NCBI GenBank assembly: GCA_038496445.1
Contig: JALMLS010000011.1
Span: 21,461 to 85,460, forward strand
Length of the DNA: 64,000 nt
Direction of reading: 5' to 3'
From: Trichosphaerium sp. ATCC 40318
Taxonomy: Eukaryota > Protista > Tubulinea
In this document: one piece after another, positions 27,210 to 38,902 of the stretch
Numbering within the stretch: position 1 is the first letter of the stretch
Layout of the letters: each line of letters begins with the position of its first letter
The notes under the pieces: generated by a model
The model's database searches: none
The model's input: only the letters and a program-made list of their open reading frames with translations
Told to the model about the DNA's origin: nothing
Made by a program: the position numbers and the translations under genes

Positions 27210-28714
27210 GATTACTCAGAACGTGAAGCACAATGTTTCATTTTTTTCACTTAGTTTTTACAAAAAAAGTGTAAAATAAATTATTACACTTGCCGTGATA
27301 GTAATAACCATTGTTTGACAGTATTAACAGAATATATATCATGGCCATTAGAAGTAGTTTAACAAGTGTCTCCTTAAACAAAGGTGACTTTGTGTTGGAC
27401 AGTACTTTTTGCTGTTTACTGCAATCAGTGCCATTTCTCATTCATGTTGATTACTGTGGATTTAAGCGCTTGATTGGTACGTTCACAAGTTGTCTAAAAC
27501 ATTATGTATTATTAGCATTTCTATTCCGTGTACTTTCGTGATTAAAAAAGAGGACGATGCCATTCCATGTTATAATCTGTAGCTTCCAAAAAGGCAGATA
27601 CAATTTTGGTCGAAAGTGTTAAACGACTTGTGAAAATCATAGGGCATAGTAAATTATTTACCTTCAACAATTGTCATACAGACTGAGGCATAAGCGAACT
27701 TAACTAATGTTTTTCCATTATGAATACAAGCAATATCATATTCATAGGCCCAAATTGAATATTCACAGGCGTTTGGTGACAGGAGCTTTAAATTTGTAAC
27801 ACCTATGGTGTTGACACTTGGTACAAGATTACATGGGTCTCAATAGAGTGGCGGAAAGCAAGCCAGGGTATTTTGTAACGACTGTTGCTTCCTTCGATGT
27901 CCACTATTCGCTTTGATTGACTGTGGCTACGGCTATGGAGTTTGCTATGGAGGACAATTGATCCGTAGATGCAGTAAAGACCTAGAAGAGGGAGAGTTCT
28001 ATGTTGACTGTGGTGAGAAGAAGCAATGTGAAAATACAGAAAAGGATTTAGCAGGAAGGGTTTAGTTTCCAAGTGGCAACTATGAAAGATATTCTTTGTT
28101 TTGTGCAGTGATTGACGGTGACAGTATCAACAATTTGGTTGTATTCATCCCAAAAAGTACAGCTGATTCTCCAACATACCAAGATTCAAGCACAGCATTA
28201 CAACTATTCACTTTATTTCGACAAAGTGTTAGGTATCTTAAATTATTTTAGAGTTTTTTGATTACAGACACGTGATATTTCCAGTTTTTAGATTGAATAA
28301 AATCGTTTACTGTTAATCACTTGTACTTTCTCATGTAAAGAATCGTGGTATTTGTTCACGATGTTTCCCGATGGGATTTACATAAATAACAGAGTTATTA
28401 ACAACCTATTGATAGTAGTGGCCTTCTAGTCACGTTCTTGCGTAAAGTGTGAGCGTGATTAACCCACAGAAGGCGTTTTAGTATGACTTTAAATATACAT
28501 ACCATTGAATAGGTTGATAACGCTCTAATACATTGTATTAATACTTACTAACACTAAAAATCGCGAAAGAAGTGCTCGTGCAGCAAGGTGTGTATCGAGA
28601 AGACCAAAGTTGGTTATCGCATCATTCTTGTTTTCACTGACTTGAAAAATAATCAAAATCAACAACAACCAACACACAACACAACAACAACCTTCAAAAA
28701 CAACCAACCCAACA

Positions 28715-29707
28715 ATGTCAAAACAAAGATCAACGACTGGAAACAAAAACAAGACAACAAAACGTGTTACTCAAAAGAAGAAACCAGCAAAGGCACCACC
28801 AACAGAGAAGCAACTTAGAATGAGAGAAGAAGCCAAACAACGAAAACAACAAATGCTTCAAAAGAAAGCTCATGGAGAGAAAGTGTACGTTGCCGTTTTT
28901 GCTCATTCAAGCATTGGTTACTAACGCTCTTCGTGATAGTACAAAGAAACCCTCAGTTAAACCTGCAACTGTTGGAGGAGGTGTCGGAGGAACATTCATG
29001 AAGTCACTGCGTATGTTCTCATATTTAGTGCTGTGAAATTTAGTCTAACAGTTTATGATAGCAAAACCTTGTGGTGTTGCTGGCTTGGGTCCGTGTGTCG
29101 GAATCATCAGCCCAAATCCAAATGGTACAAATTATTGTGCTCATATCAGCGACTCTTGTTCAATGAAGACGTGGTGGACAACATACGACAAGGTTCAAAA
29201 AGCAGTTCGAACTGCTTGGATTGAAGAAAAAATCAAATCTGGTTTAGGTACTTGTTGCTTTGTTACTTTTGATCGATGTATGACTCACCCTCTCGCCTAG
29301 GAAATCAACCAATCAGCAAAAGAACGTTTTACGTCATGACAGGAATGCCAAAAGCCAATGCAACACTTGCAGCTGTACTTGAGGTGTTGAAGGGTGCTCG
29401 CAAAGTGGTAAACAAAACAGGATGTCAAGGGTTTAAAAGTGGATTCTACTTGGATTCCAAGGGTTCTATTCATCCACTTGTTGAGCCTGATGCACTTTGG
29501 GCATGTGGTTGGGGTAAAGATACAAAACAAGCACAACGTTACAAGAAGATGCCAAATAACAAGATCAATGGAGATGGCGTATTTGAAGTACCTGATATGA
29601 AAAAGTTTGATAAAGTTGTTGAACAAGTTCGTAAAGCAAAGAAGGGTTTGGTCAGTAAAGATGACCCAGCACTCAAGAAATTCAGACCAGTGTTGGCCAA
29701 AGTATGA
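28715..29707 (+). CDS. Copy 1: 277-aa Lys-rich protein with CheD/CNF1-like Cys-His deamidase motif
   Basis: Exons 28715-28884, 28940-29010, 29062-29247 and 29301-29707 sum to 834 nt and are open. Contains GLGPCVGIISPNPNGTNYCAHIS. The gene model is supported by three conserved copies; the function is inferred. Confidence 0.8.
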
Positions 29708-30388
29708 ACGCACACCTAATTTCTTACCATTGACTGAATGTTATGTAAATACTGTTAATAAACACAACTTTAAATCAACATCAGTTTTTTACTAGCTATT
29801 TTTGTTCACTCAAACCGAACAACACTAACAAGTCTGAGCATTCATGACATTGTCTTAGGGATATGATTATTACTATGACGTTATCGGAAAATTACGTGCT
29901 GGGCAATATCAGCATGCGAAAAGAAGACTGAATCCAAAACATCCTTGTTGTAGAATGAATCAACTACTATCTACATAGCATAGTTCTATGATTCTGGCTA
30001 TGACGGTCTTTCTTTAACACTGGTTCTCGTAAACCCAAAAGTGTACAGCAAATATCCCTTTCCACATGGGTGCCCAAGTTGAAGATGTGGTGTCTAATAA
30101 GCGTTTATTGTCTTTGTTCAAATACGATTGATACCTATGAACTAAAAGGAAGCTCTGTGAGGTCTGATGCACTAATTATAAACAATGAAGGACATTGATC
30201 TCTGATTCTTCTCTTGCATCCTGAATTAAGCATTTTACTCCTTGTTTTGGCTTCATCTGGTGACCTACTGTCGTATCAACTCCTTGAATTCATTGCAGTC
30301 TTATTTTAATATGTACCACAAGACAATCACTGTTTTGCTATCGCTGGCACAAAATTCTACAGGCATAAAGTTTTGGTCTCAATCTTCT

Positions 30389-31005
30389 TTATACTCTTGC
30401 GTATATACATAAAGCTTCATCCTTGGGAAAAATATGAGCAAGAAATAAGAAAAAACAAAGAATCGCGTACTTTCGGGAAAATAGTCTGCACAGATGATTT
30501 CCCTTTACTATATATACGTGTATTTCAATATCATCTCTCGTTGTAGTTTTCAGTGACATCCAGTTATAACTTCCATGCAGGAGTTGATAGTACGTGAGCA
30601 AAACTTGATCTGTGATCAAGCCAGTCAAAATAATGCCACAGCTTCTCAAGATTAGATGAAGCTATAATCCTTTCTTCTTCTACAGGTGGCTTATTTAAAC
30701 CAGTTGTATAGAACTCTTTGAGATTTGAAAATACTTTCAATATCTGTGAGTGAATGCCCTCACGCTCCTCACCTACAAGAAAAGTTGATATTGAAATGTA
30801 ATGAAAATACTGAGAATGTGTTAGAACTAAAGCACGTACACATAGAACCGAAATACTGTTCCATTGCTTACAAACAGTTCTACTAACTCTTGCTAGCACT
30901 ACATTAGTTTGATTATGCGTATTACCCGACAATAAATAACGTTTTATCAGCCATACCAGAGAATAAGTGAAAAAACAACTCTAAAGGAAGCTGTGATATT
31001 TCCAT
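30389..31005 (-). pseudogene. F-box gene, probably truncated or frameshifted
   Basis: ATG at 31005 gives MEISQLPLELFFHLFS|VLARVSRTVCKQWNSIS. The frame ends at 30564 and downstream sequence has no clean continuation. Confidence 0.45.
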
Positions 31006-31671
31006 GAGAGGGTGGGCTGAGTTAGGTGTAAAGTTTGTTCATAAGGCACTTAACTCTACGCCTGATTTTTTCGGGACGGTTGGAACATATACAACCTTTT
31101 ACAACTCTGCAAGCTTACCAATAGTGTATCCTTATGGAGTACTTTACGTAAGCATAAGTACAGAAAGCCACGTGCCTGCTACTAATCGGGAGTGGTGTTT
31201 TACAAAGTAGTCTAAAGGTAAAATAAACTAGCAGGTTTATGTTGTTCTAAAACTCACACTAAAGGTGAAGCTAGTGTCAACAAATACAATTCAGTTATTA
31301 CCCCAACAAAAAATTAAGCATCCATGCTTACAACACAGGAAGGAGATTCAGACTAAACGTAGATAACAAAGTTCACTGTGTTTCAGTTTTAAGATTGAAC
31401 AAATGGAAACCTGCCTACAGCCGTACACTCTTGAACAAGTTGACATAGCTCCAGAGGCTGCAAATAATCAACAATGTTAGTATTTTAATGGCTCTCCCTT
31501 GATGCTGTACTTGTGGACCACCAAGCAGTAACTCATAGCATCAAGCTTCGAACATTTAACTGTCCGTGATTAACTAAGCTGAATAAAATAAAATAGTATT
31601 GACAAAAGGTTTCTTTATTTACAGTAGTATTTACAGACTTATCATCCAATGATACGAAATTACACGTCCGC

Positions 31672-32653
31672 TTATACCTTTGCTAATGCAGATCTGAACT
31701 TATTGAGTGCTGGATCATCTTTACTTGCCAAAGTCTTCTTTGCTTTACGAACTTGTTCAACAACTTTATCAAACTTTTTCATATCAGGTACTTCAAATAC
31801 GCCATCTCCATTGATCTTGTTATTTGGCATCTTCTTATATCGTTGTGCTTGTTTTGTGTCTTTACCCCAACCACATGCCCAAAGTGCATCAGGCTCAACA
31901 AGTGGATGAATGGAACCTTTTGAATCCAAGTAGAATCCACTTTTAAACCCTTGACATCCTGTTTTGTTTATCACTTTGCGAGCGCCCTTCAACACCTCAA
32001 GTACAGCTGCAAGTGTTGCATTAGCTTTTGGCATTCCTGTCATGACGTAGAACGTTCTTTTGCTGATTGGTTGATTTCCTAGACAAGAGGGTGAGTCATA
32101 CATCGATCAAAAGTAACAAAGCAACAAGTACCTAAACCAGATTTGATTTTTTCTTCAATCCAAGCAGTTCTGACTGCTTTTTGAACCTTGTCGTATGTTG
32201 TCCACCACGTCTTCATTGAACAAGAGTCGCTGATATGAGCACAATAATTTGTACCATTTGGATTTGGGCTGATGATTCCGACACACGGACCCAAGCCAGC
32301 AACACCACAAGGTTTTGCTATCATAAACTGTTAGACTAAATTTCACAGCACTAAATATGAGAACATACGCAGTGACTTCATGAATGTTCCTCCGACACCT
32401 CCTCCAACAGTTGCAGGTTTAACTGAGGGTTTCTTTGTACTATCATGAGTTAGAATACAAAATAGATGAAACCAAAGACGTACACTTTCTCTCCATGAGC
32501 TTTCTTTTGAAGCATTTGTTGTTTTCGTTGTTTGGCTTCTTCTCTCATTCGAAGTTGCTTCTCTGTTGGTGGTGCCTTTGCTGGTTTCTTCTTTTGAGTG
32601 ACACGTTTTGTTGTCTTGTTTTTGTTTCCAGTTGTTGATCTTTGTTTTGACAT
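31672..32653 (-). CDS. Copy 2 of the CheD/CNF1-like Cys-His protein (inverted relative to copy 1)
   Basis: Same four-exon structure and near-identical protein; variant C-terminus KTLASKDDPALNKFRSALAKV. Confidence 0.8.
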
Positions 32654-34012
32654 TGTTAGGTTGGTTGTTTTTGAAGGTTGTTGTTGTGTTGTGTGTTGGT
32701 TGTTGTTGATTTTGATTTTTTTCAAGTCAGTGAAAACAAATGATGCGACAACAAATTTTGTTTTTTTGTTTGCTCGATACACACTTTGTTACACGTCCAT
32801 TAATCTCGCGATTTTTAGTGCTACCAAGTGGCACTGCCTACGTAGAGCGTTATCAACCTATTCAATGGTATGTGTATATATTATTGTCTATACTACCGCT
32901 TTGATGGGTTAATAACGCTTATGTTGATACTAAAAACGCGACAAGAAGCCCACTACTATCGATAGGTTGTTAATAACTTATTTATGTGAAATCTCATCGG
33001 GAAACATCGTGAACAACGCGAATCTTTACATGCGAATGTACGATCCCACAAACCGATTTTGTACAATCTAAATAAGGGAAATATCACGTGTCACTGCGTA
33101 ATCAACACTTTTGGGATGAAAAATAATACTAAGTTAGTTTATGTCTCGATATTTGTAATGTACTTAGATAGAATAAAACACACTTAACTACAACTCGTAC
33201 CTCGCACCTTTTCTCGTAACATTTTAGGATTATAGACACCCAGTAGCGTTTGATGAATTGCTCGTTTTAAACTCGAGTCCAGAATCAGAATTAAACTATA
33301 CAAGTTTGTTAAGGTTTGAGCTTGTACTCATGTCACATACTTGGATAGAAGCACTATACTCCTCGTTGGCACGTTTAATGCCATTGTTTAAATTAGAAAA
33401 TACTATTGAATACACCTTACTTGTTTCAGAAAGGTTATATCCATACTGTTCATAGAAACCCTGTATCAGCGATGTGATACTACCATAATCTTTTGTTGGA
33501 GGAAATATTACATCATATGAGAACTGGAAGCTGTATTAAGCGTTGGTACATTGCAAGAATGACAAAGAATAAACGGTTGAGCATACACCAATCGGGATGA
33601 GTAAACTGCCAACACCACAAAGCTGTTACAATAAAGGTTGTCTTGCTGTGCTTGAATGTCGGTCAGAGAATCAGTTGTATGTTTTGGCTGCCACATGCTG
33701 GTGAGAGACCCATGTTTTCAGTTGTCTACAAACAGTCTAAAGCCAGGTTTTGGTTTAGGCAATTAATAGCAAGATAACGTTTGTTCCATAGTATTTTCAA
33801 TATCGGCATTGTACTATCCCCATGGTACATGAGATCTGCGAGGGTAATGTCATGAGTACTCAGCCTTGTTTACATTGTTCAGTTTGAGTTTACTCTGAAA
33901 AATCCTGCTAGTTTAATCAGCACCCAACAACAAGATAGACAAACTGATGTTGATTAAAGTTGTGTTTATTAACAGTATTTACATAATCAATGGTAAGAAA
34001 TTAGGTGTGCGT

Positions 34013-34988
34013 TCATACTTTTGCTAACACTGGTCTGAATTTCTTGAGTGCTGGATCATCTTTACTGACCAAACCCTTCTTTGCTTTACGAACTTGTTCA
34101 ACAACTTTATCAAACTTTTTCATATCAGGTACTTCAAATACGCCATCTCCATTGATCTTGTTATTTGGCATCTTCTTATATCGTTGTGCTTGTTTTGTGT
34201 CTTTACCCCAACCACATGCCCAAAGTGCATCAGGCTCAACAAGTGGATGAATGGAACCTTTTGAATCCAAGTAGAATCCACTTTTAAACCCTTGACATCC
34301 TGTTTTGTTTACCACTTTGCGAGCGCCCTTCAACACCTCAAGTACAGCTGCAAGTGTTGCATTGGCTTTTGGCATTCCTGTCATGACGTAAAACGTTCTT
34401 TTGCTGATTGGTTGATTTCCTAGGCGAGAGGGTGAGTCATACATCGATCAAAAGCAACAAGTACCTAAACCAGATTTGATTTTTTCTTCAATCCAAGCAG
34501 TTCTGACTGCTTTTTGAACCTTGTCGTATGTTGTCCACCATGTCTTCATTGAACAAGAATCGCTTATATGAGCACAATAATTTGTACCATTTGGATTTGG
34601 GCTGATGATGCCGACACATGGACCCAAACCGGCAACACCACAAGGTTTTGCTATCATAAACTGTTAGCTACATCACAGGTTTTAGAACATACGCAATGAC
34701 TTCATGAATGTTCCTCCGACACCTCCTCCAACAGTTGCAGGTTTAACTGAGGGTTTCTTTGTACTATCACGAAGAGCGTTAGTAACCAATGCTTGAATGA
34801 GCAAAAACGGCAACGTACACTTTCTCTCCATGAGCTTTCTTTTGAAGCATTTGCTGTTTTCGTTGTTTGGCTTCTTCTCTCATTCTAAGTTGCTTCTCTG
34901 TTGGTGGTGCCTTTGCTGGTTTCTTCTTTTGAGTGACACGTTTTGTTGTCTTGTTTTTGTTTCCAGTCGTTGATCTTTGTTTTGACAT
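34013..34988 (-). CDS. Copy 3 of the CheD/CNF1-like Cys-His protein (tandem with copy 2)
   Basis: Same four-exon structure; exon translations match copy 1 in the ORF track. Confidence 0.8.
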
Positions 34989-36543
34989 TGTTAGGTTGGT
35001 TGTTTTTGAAGCTTGTTGTTGTGTTGTGTGTTGGTTGTTGTTGATTTTGATTATTTTTCAAGTCAGTGAAAACAAGAATGATGCGATAACCAACTTTGGT
35101 CTTCTCGATACACACCTTGCTGCACGAGCACTTCTTTCGCGATTTTTAGTGTTAGTAAGTATTAATACAATGTATTAGAGCTTTATCAACCTATTCAATG
35201 GTGTATAAATTTAGTCCTATTAATTATGTGTGAAGACGCTCTAATCGTGGTTACAAGCCTTCTTCTATGCTAGCACAACACAAGACGAGCCAGCAGCAAT
35301 TTTTACGTGATGAAATATTTGTCGCGAAATGCCGTGAAAACCAAAAAATCACGTGATTTTTATTGCAACGATTCACCTTGCGCAACGCGGATTACATTGT
35401 TCTGTTGATCTTTTCCCAGTATCTACGCTGTGGTTAGTAAAAAAACACTTAAGTTTTTAATTGTTTCGAGTTGAGCGTACTCTACTCCAACCAATGCCTT
35501 GATGCCTTCAATTGCTACAACACCAATATATTGTTCGTATCAAGCAAGAACAGGTATAGGGCAAAATATGCAACCTGTCGTTTCAAGAGAAATAACAAAA
35601 CTTACGAAATAGCAGGTAGCATATTTTGTTGTAGATTTTTTCACACTTACGACGGTCAATATAACGTAACTTGGGGCTTTTGTTCGTGGTAATCACACTC
35701 GGCTTCAGTTGATTATTATTGCTTTCAACTATTAACACTGGCGCCGTAGAGTAATACAGTGGAATCAAGACCAACACAGGATGTCCGAATTAGTTAATTT
35801 GAAAATTTCTAACTCCTTATGTTAGAATTGCAGCGTCACCTTTCTTTTGTATTAGTGCTGGGTATAGACTACCTTTGTCTTTTTACTGAAACTATTAATC
35901 TAAAAGCATGTAGTTCTTGGTGCACCTAAAGGGGGTCAGGTATGTTAGTGCAAACAGCTCTCATAGTTTTTTCCAATATTGCAAATCTGTGGAGCATTGA
36001 AATAGGCTTCAATGAACTACAGGCCTGAACCTTGTAACCAACAAACATTTCAGCTCTGCGAGTTCTATCAGAAGTTCTGCAATTTAGCAGATCTCTCAAA
36101 TCTGCCAAATCTACTTGAAGATCTGTATGTTTCTTATTTTTCTCGACACTTGCTTGCAACAGACAATTATTGCCCAATTAATATTACGGCAGGAAACATT
36201 GGAGAGTATTTCAAATTTCGTTGGGATGTCCCAAAAACAACACATGTCATTGCATTAAGAGTTGTTGGCTCTTGACGTTTTGTTCTTTTCGACATTGCTT
36301 TAGAATAAAACCCGGCCCATCGAGTCGTCATCAAAAAAGTCAACTTATGTAAACCCAAAAATTGTGGATTTCACAATAAAGAACACGTAACTCCCCAATG
36401 TCGCAACAACGACTTGGCTTTTCCAACTATTATGGCAAACGCCCAAAGGAGCGTGTGTTGAAACGTTCAAACAGAGAATCCATACAGTATGTACTTCATA
36501 ACATCTGCGATACTGGCAACTAATATTTCTTTGGGCTCCGATT

Positions 36544-37710
36544 TTGACAGCAGCATTGAAGCCTTACGGATTTACCTATGTTGACTATCCCGTGGTAGAC
36601 GTTTGTACTAAACTTAAAATACAACGTAACATTATTGGTATTGGAAAAGCCAAGACACCAATGGCATTTTTCACCTTCAAGTGGGATAATAAGATTTTTG
36701 AAAACTTGTTATTCACAAGCACATATGAACAACATCACACTGACCTAAAAAATGGGATCACTACCCATATGACGAACTTCTCTGGCATAGTGATATGGCA
36801 TGGGATTATTGGAATATGGAAGATTTGCACATTGTGGAGCACAGGTGAAGCACAAATATTATTTACTGTGAAAACAGGTTTGTTGCCACTTAATCACTAC
36901 TTCAATATCTCTGCCAACATGAAATTTGATGCTAACAAGGTACATTCATTTCTAGTGATTGTCTTTAAGCGCCACATGGTACCAGGTTATTTCACTTGTG
37001 TTGATGATTTCAATTGCCATATAAAAACTCACAACATTAAGAAACCATACGCATGGGCCATAGAATTGAAGTGTCTCGATGATTCGAACTAGGCATCTGA
37101 TTGACTTTATGAATGCTTTGATATAGCCTCATCTCACACCAAAGGAATCCTTGTATCATGTGCAAAATGGTCGAAAACAATTGGAAGGTGCCATTTTTTT
37201 ACATGTGACTCTTATTTTTGTTCAGCCATGGATCTCAACAAGCCGGGGGAATATGGCTTAGACGCTACTGCATCATGTAATACTAACCACTGTCAGTGGC
37301 TTTGAAGCAATTACTTGCTAAAAAAGTGCCTGTGGGATACACAAGATTGGCACCATTGGACAAAACTGTTGCTGTTGCAATAAATAACAATGAAATCGTA
37401 AAGTTGGCCACCACTCTCTACTGTGGACATGATGACAAAAGTTCATTTGACAGTAGCAATAAAAGGTATGTTCAAAAATAAAAATGATGACACCAAGGGA
37501 AATAGTGATCAATTTGGCCAGCTGGTCAAGTCCTATTGTACCGATAGGCGGTTCAAAAAATGAAACATGACACTTCTTGATGGTTAGTTTTACTACACCC
37601 TCACAAATGCTTTTATTCTGTATAAGTGTCAAGACGGAGCCCTTACTCCCAAAGGTTTTTTACAAGAAATTGCAACGGAATTGCTTCTCACAGGGACAGG
37701 AAAATAACCT
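36544..37710 (+). mobile_element. Decayed piggyBac-family (DDD) transposase pseudogene
   Basis: Ordered piggyBac-like blocks: FSGIVIWHGI...LWS, YFNISANMKFD, PGYFTCVDD (D1 ~37003), KPYAWAIELKCLDD, HFFTCDSYFCS (D2 37207), VKLATT, TKGNSDQFGQLVKSY (D3 37507), TNAFILYK. The blocks are interrupted by stops and frameshifts. No TIRs were identified. Confidence 0.75.
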
Positions 37711-37752
37711 CCTAATAAATTTGTGACAGTTTTTTTTTTTTTGTGATTTTTC

Positions 37753-38609
37753 ATGACGACTCCTTTGGCCGGGTTTAAGACCAGAAACCCTGAGAAAGAC
37801 AAACGAAGTCAAGTACGCCTTTTAGCATTCTACAACTTAACTAAGCGCTCAAGTTTCGCCAACGAAGGAGCTAACTCCACCCAGATCCTACTAAAAAGCG
37901 TGTGACGTCGAAAAAAAAAGAACATGTCGAGGACGAAAGCTTTAATGACCGCTATAAGCCCACGTACCTCACTCAGCAAGGTATGTCGCAGTGTTTGCTA
38001 GAATATTGTTTGTTTTACAAGTTCATGTAACCGACACCTAGGCGAAGCGGTTTTCTGCTAGAAGAAGTACTAATAAGAACGTGTACGCAGCAAAACAATT
38101 AGTAAAAGAGAACGTGCGTAGAAGCATCATGTCTTTTTTTGTAAACTAACACTAAACGTACTACTGCCATGCTGACTATTGTATTTAGCTCCCTAGTGAG
38201 TGTAATAGTAAGAAAATAACTAAAGCTTACCTCGCTCAGCGTGTAGTCGCATTAGATAAGGCTATTGAGCGTAAGCAAGCTACGTTAAAAGCAAAACAAG
38301 CGCGTCTAGCTATTTTAAAAAGAGATCACTTTCAAACGGAGGAAACGCGCCACAGTCGCACTCTTTCAGATCATACAATACTCACTGACGAGAAAAACAG
38401 GGTAAAAACAGATATAGATAACATCAAGCCCGAAAAACAAAAAGCGGCAAACTTTTTTTTCTTTTCAAAAAACATTCTAAATATGACACTCTCACACTCT
38501 ATATTAGTTGCTCCTATCAACGGCAACAATAAAGACAGAGTATAAGAAGAAGAAAGCCCAGCTAGACGAGCTTACTAAGCCAAATCTGGCTCTCACAAGA
38601 TGGACTTAG
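37753..38609 (+). CDS. Hypothetical basic coiled-coil protein (multi-exon)
   Basis: ATG 37753 followed by GT-AG-bounded open exons, e.g. KAYLAQRVVALDKAIERKQATLKAKQARLAILKR and LLLSTATIKTEYKKKKAQLDELTKP...WT*. Confidence 0.45.
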
Positions 38610-38786
38610 TCCATAAAAAGGCTCATAAACGAAACGACATCTCAAAAAAAAATGCCTTGATTGAACTCAAAAAAGTCGTAGACTGATCGAACTGTAAATA
38701 AAAACGCTGTCTATACTGCGTTAGTTGATGTTTGTGCGTTGTAGAGGTTTGAAGGAACAAAAAAGTCCAGATGGCGGTGCATCACG

Positions 38787-38896
38787 TTTTCTTGCATGTA
38801 GTACTGTTAATGACTCAGTCTTAAGTCGAGTCGGACCGATTTTACAAAAAGTCGAGTTGAGTTGACGGACCGTTAACAGTACTACTTGCATGAAAA
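38787..38896. repeat. 110-bp foldback with 24-bp inverted arms (MITE-like or 3' hairpin)
   Basis: ttttcttgcatgtagtactgttaa (38787-38810) pairs with ttaacagtactacttgcatgaaaa (38873-38896), 22/24 complementary. Confidence 0.8.
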
Positions 38897-38902
38897 TCTT
38901 TA

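Larger units (their letters stand above)
27830..35205. repeat. Local segmental triplication (one inverted plus one tandem duplication), including promoters and 3' flanks
   Basis: 28260-28530 aligns to the reverse complement of 32840-33105; 28500-28940 to that of 34760-35205; 29700-29860 to that of 33840-34015. Weaker matches link 28140-28200 with 33107-33120 and 33640-33690. Confidence 0.85.

Noticed and set aside
29297-29713. Antisense ORFs over the triplicated gene and other CDSs (also 31649-31909, 34005-34250, 48494-48928)
   Set aside because: They are shadows of the coding strand and are not conserved in the same frame among the three copies.
27830-35205. Triplicated unit as a transposon
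   Set aside because: No terminal repeats, target duplications or transposase; copy boundaries differ, which fits segmental duplication.
35470-36370. Possible decayed protein kinase (LLQHQYIVRI, LKISN, GYRLP, NPAHRV fragments)
   Set aside because: Fragments are too degenerate, and the HRD, DFG and APE motifs are not recoverable.
37560-37590. In-frame TGA at an expected Trp of the transposase, suggesting an alternative genetic code
   Set aside because: TAG stops and frameshifts also interrupt it, and intact genes use TGG for Trp and TGA/TAA/TAG as stops.
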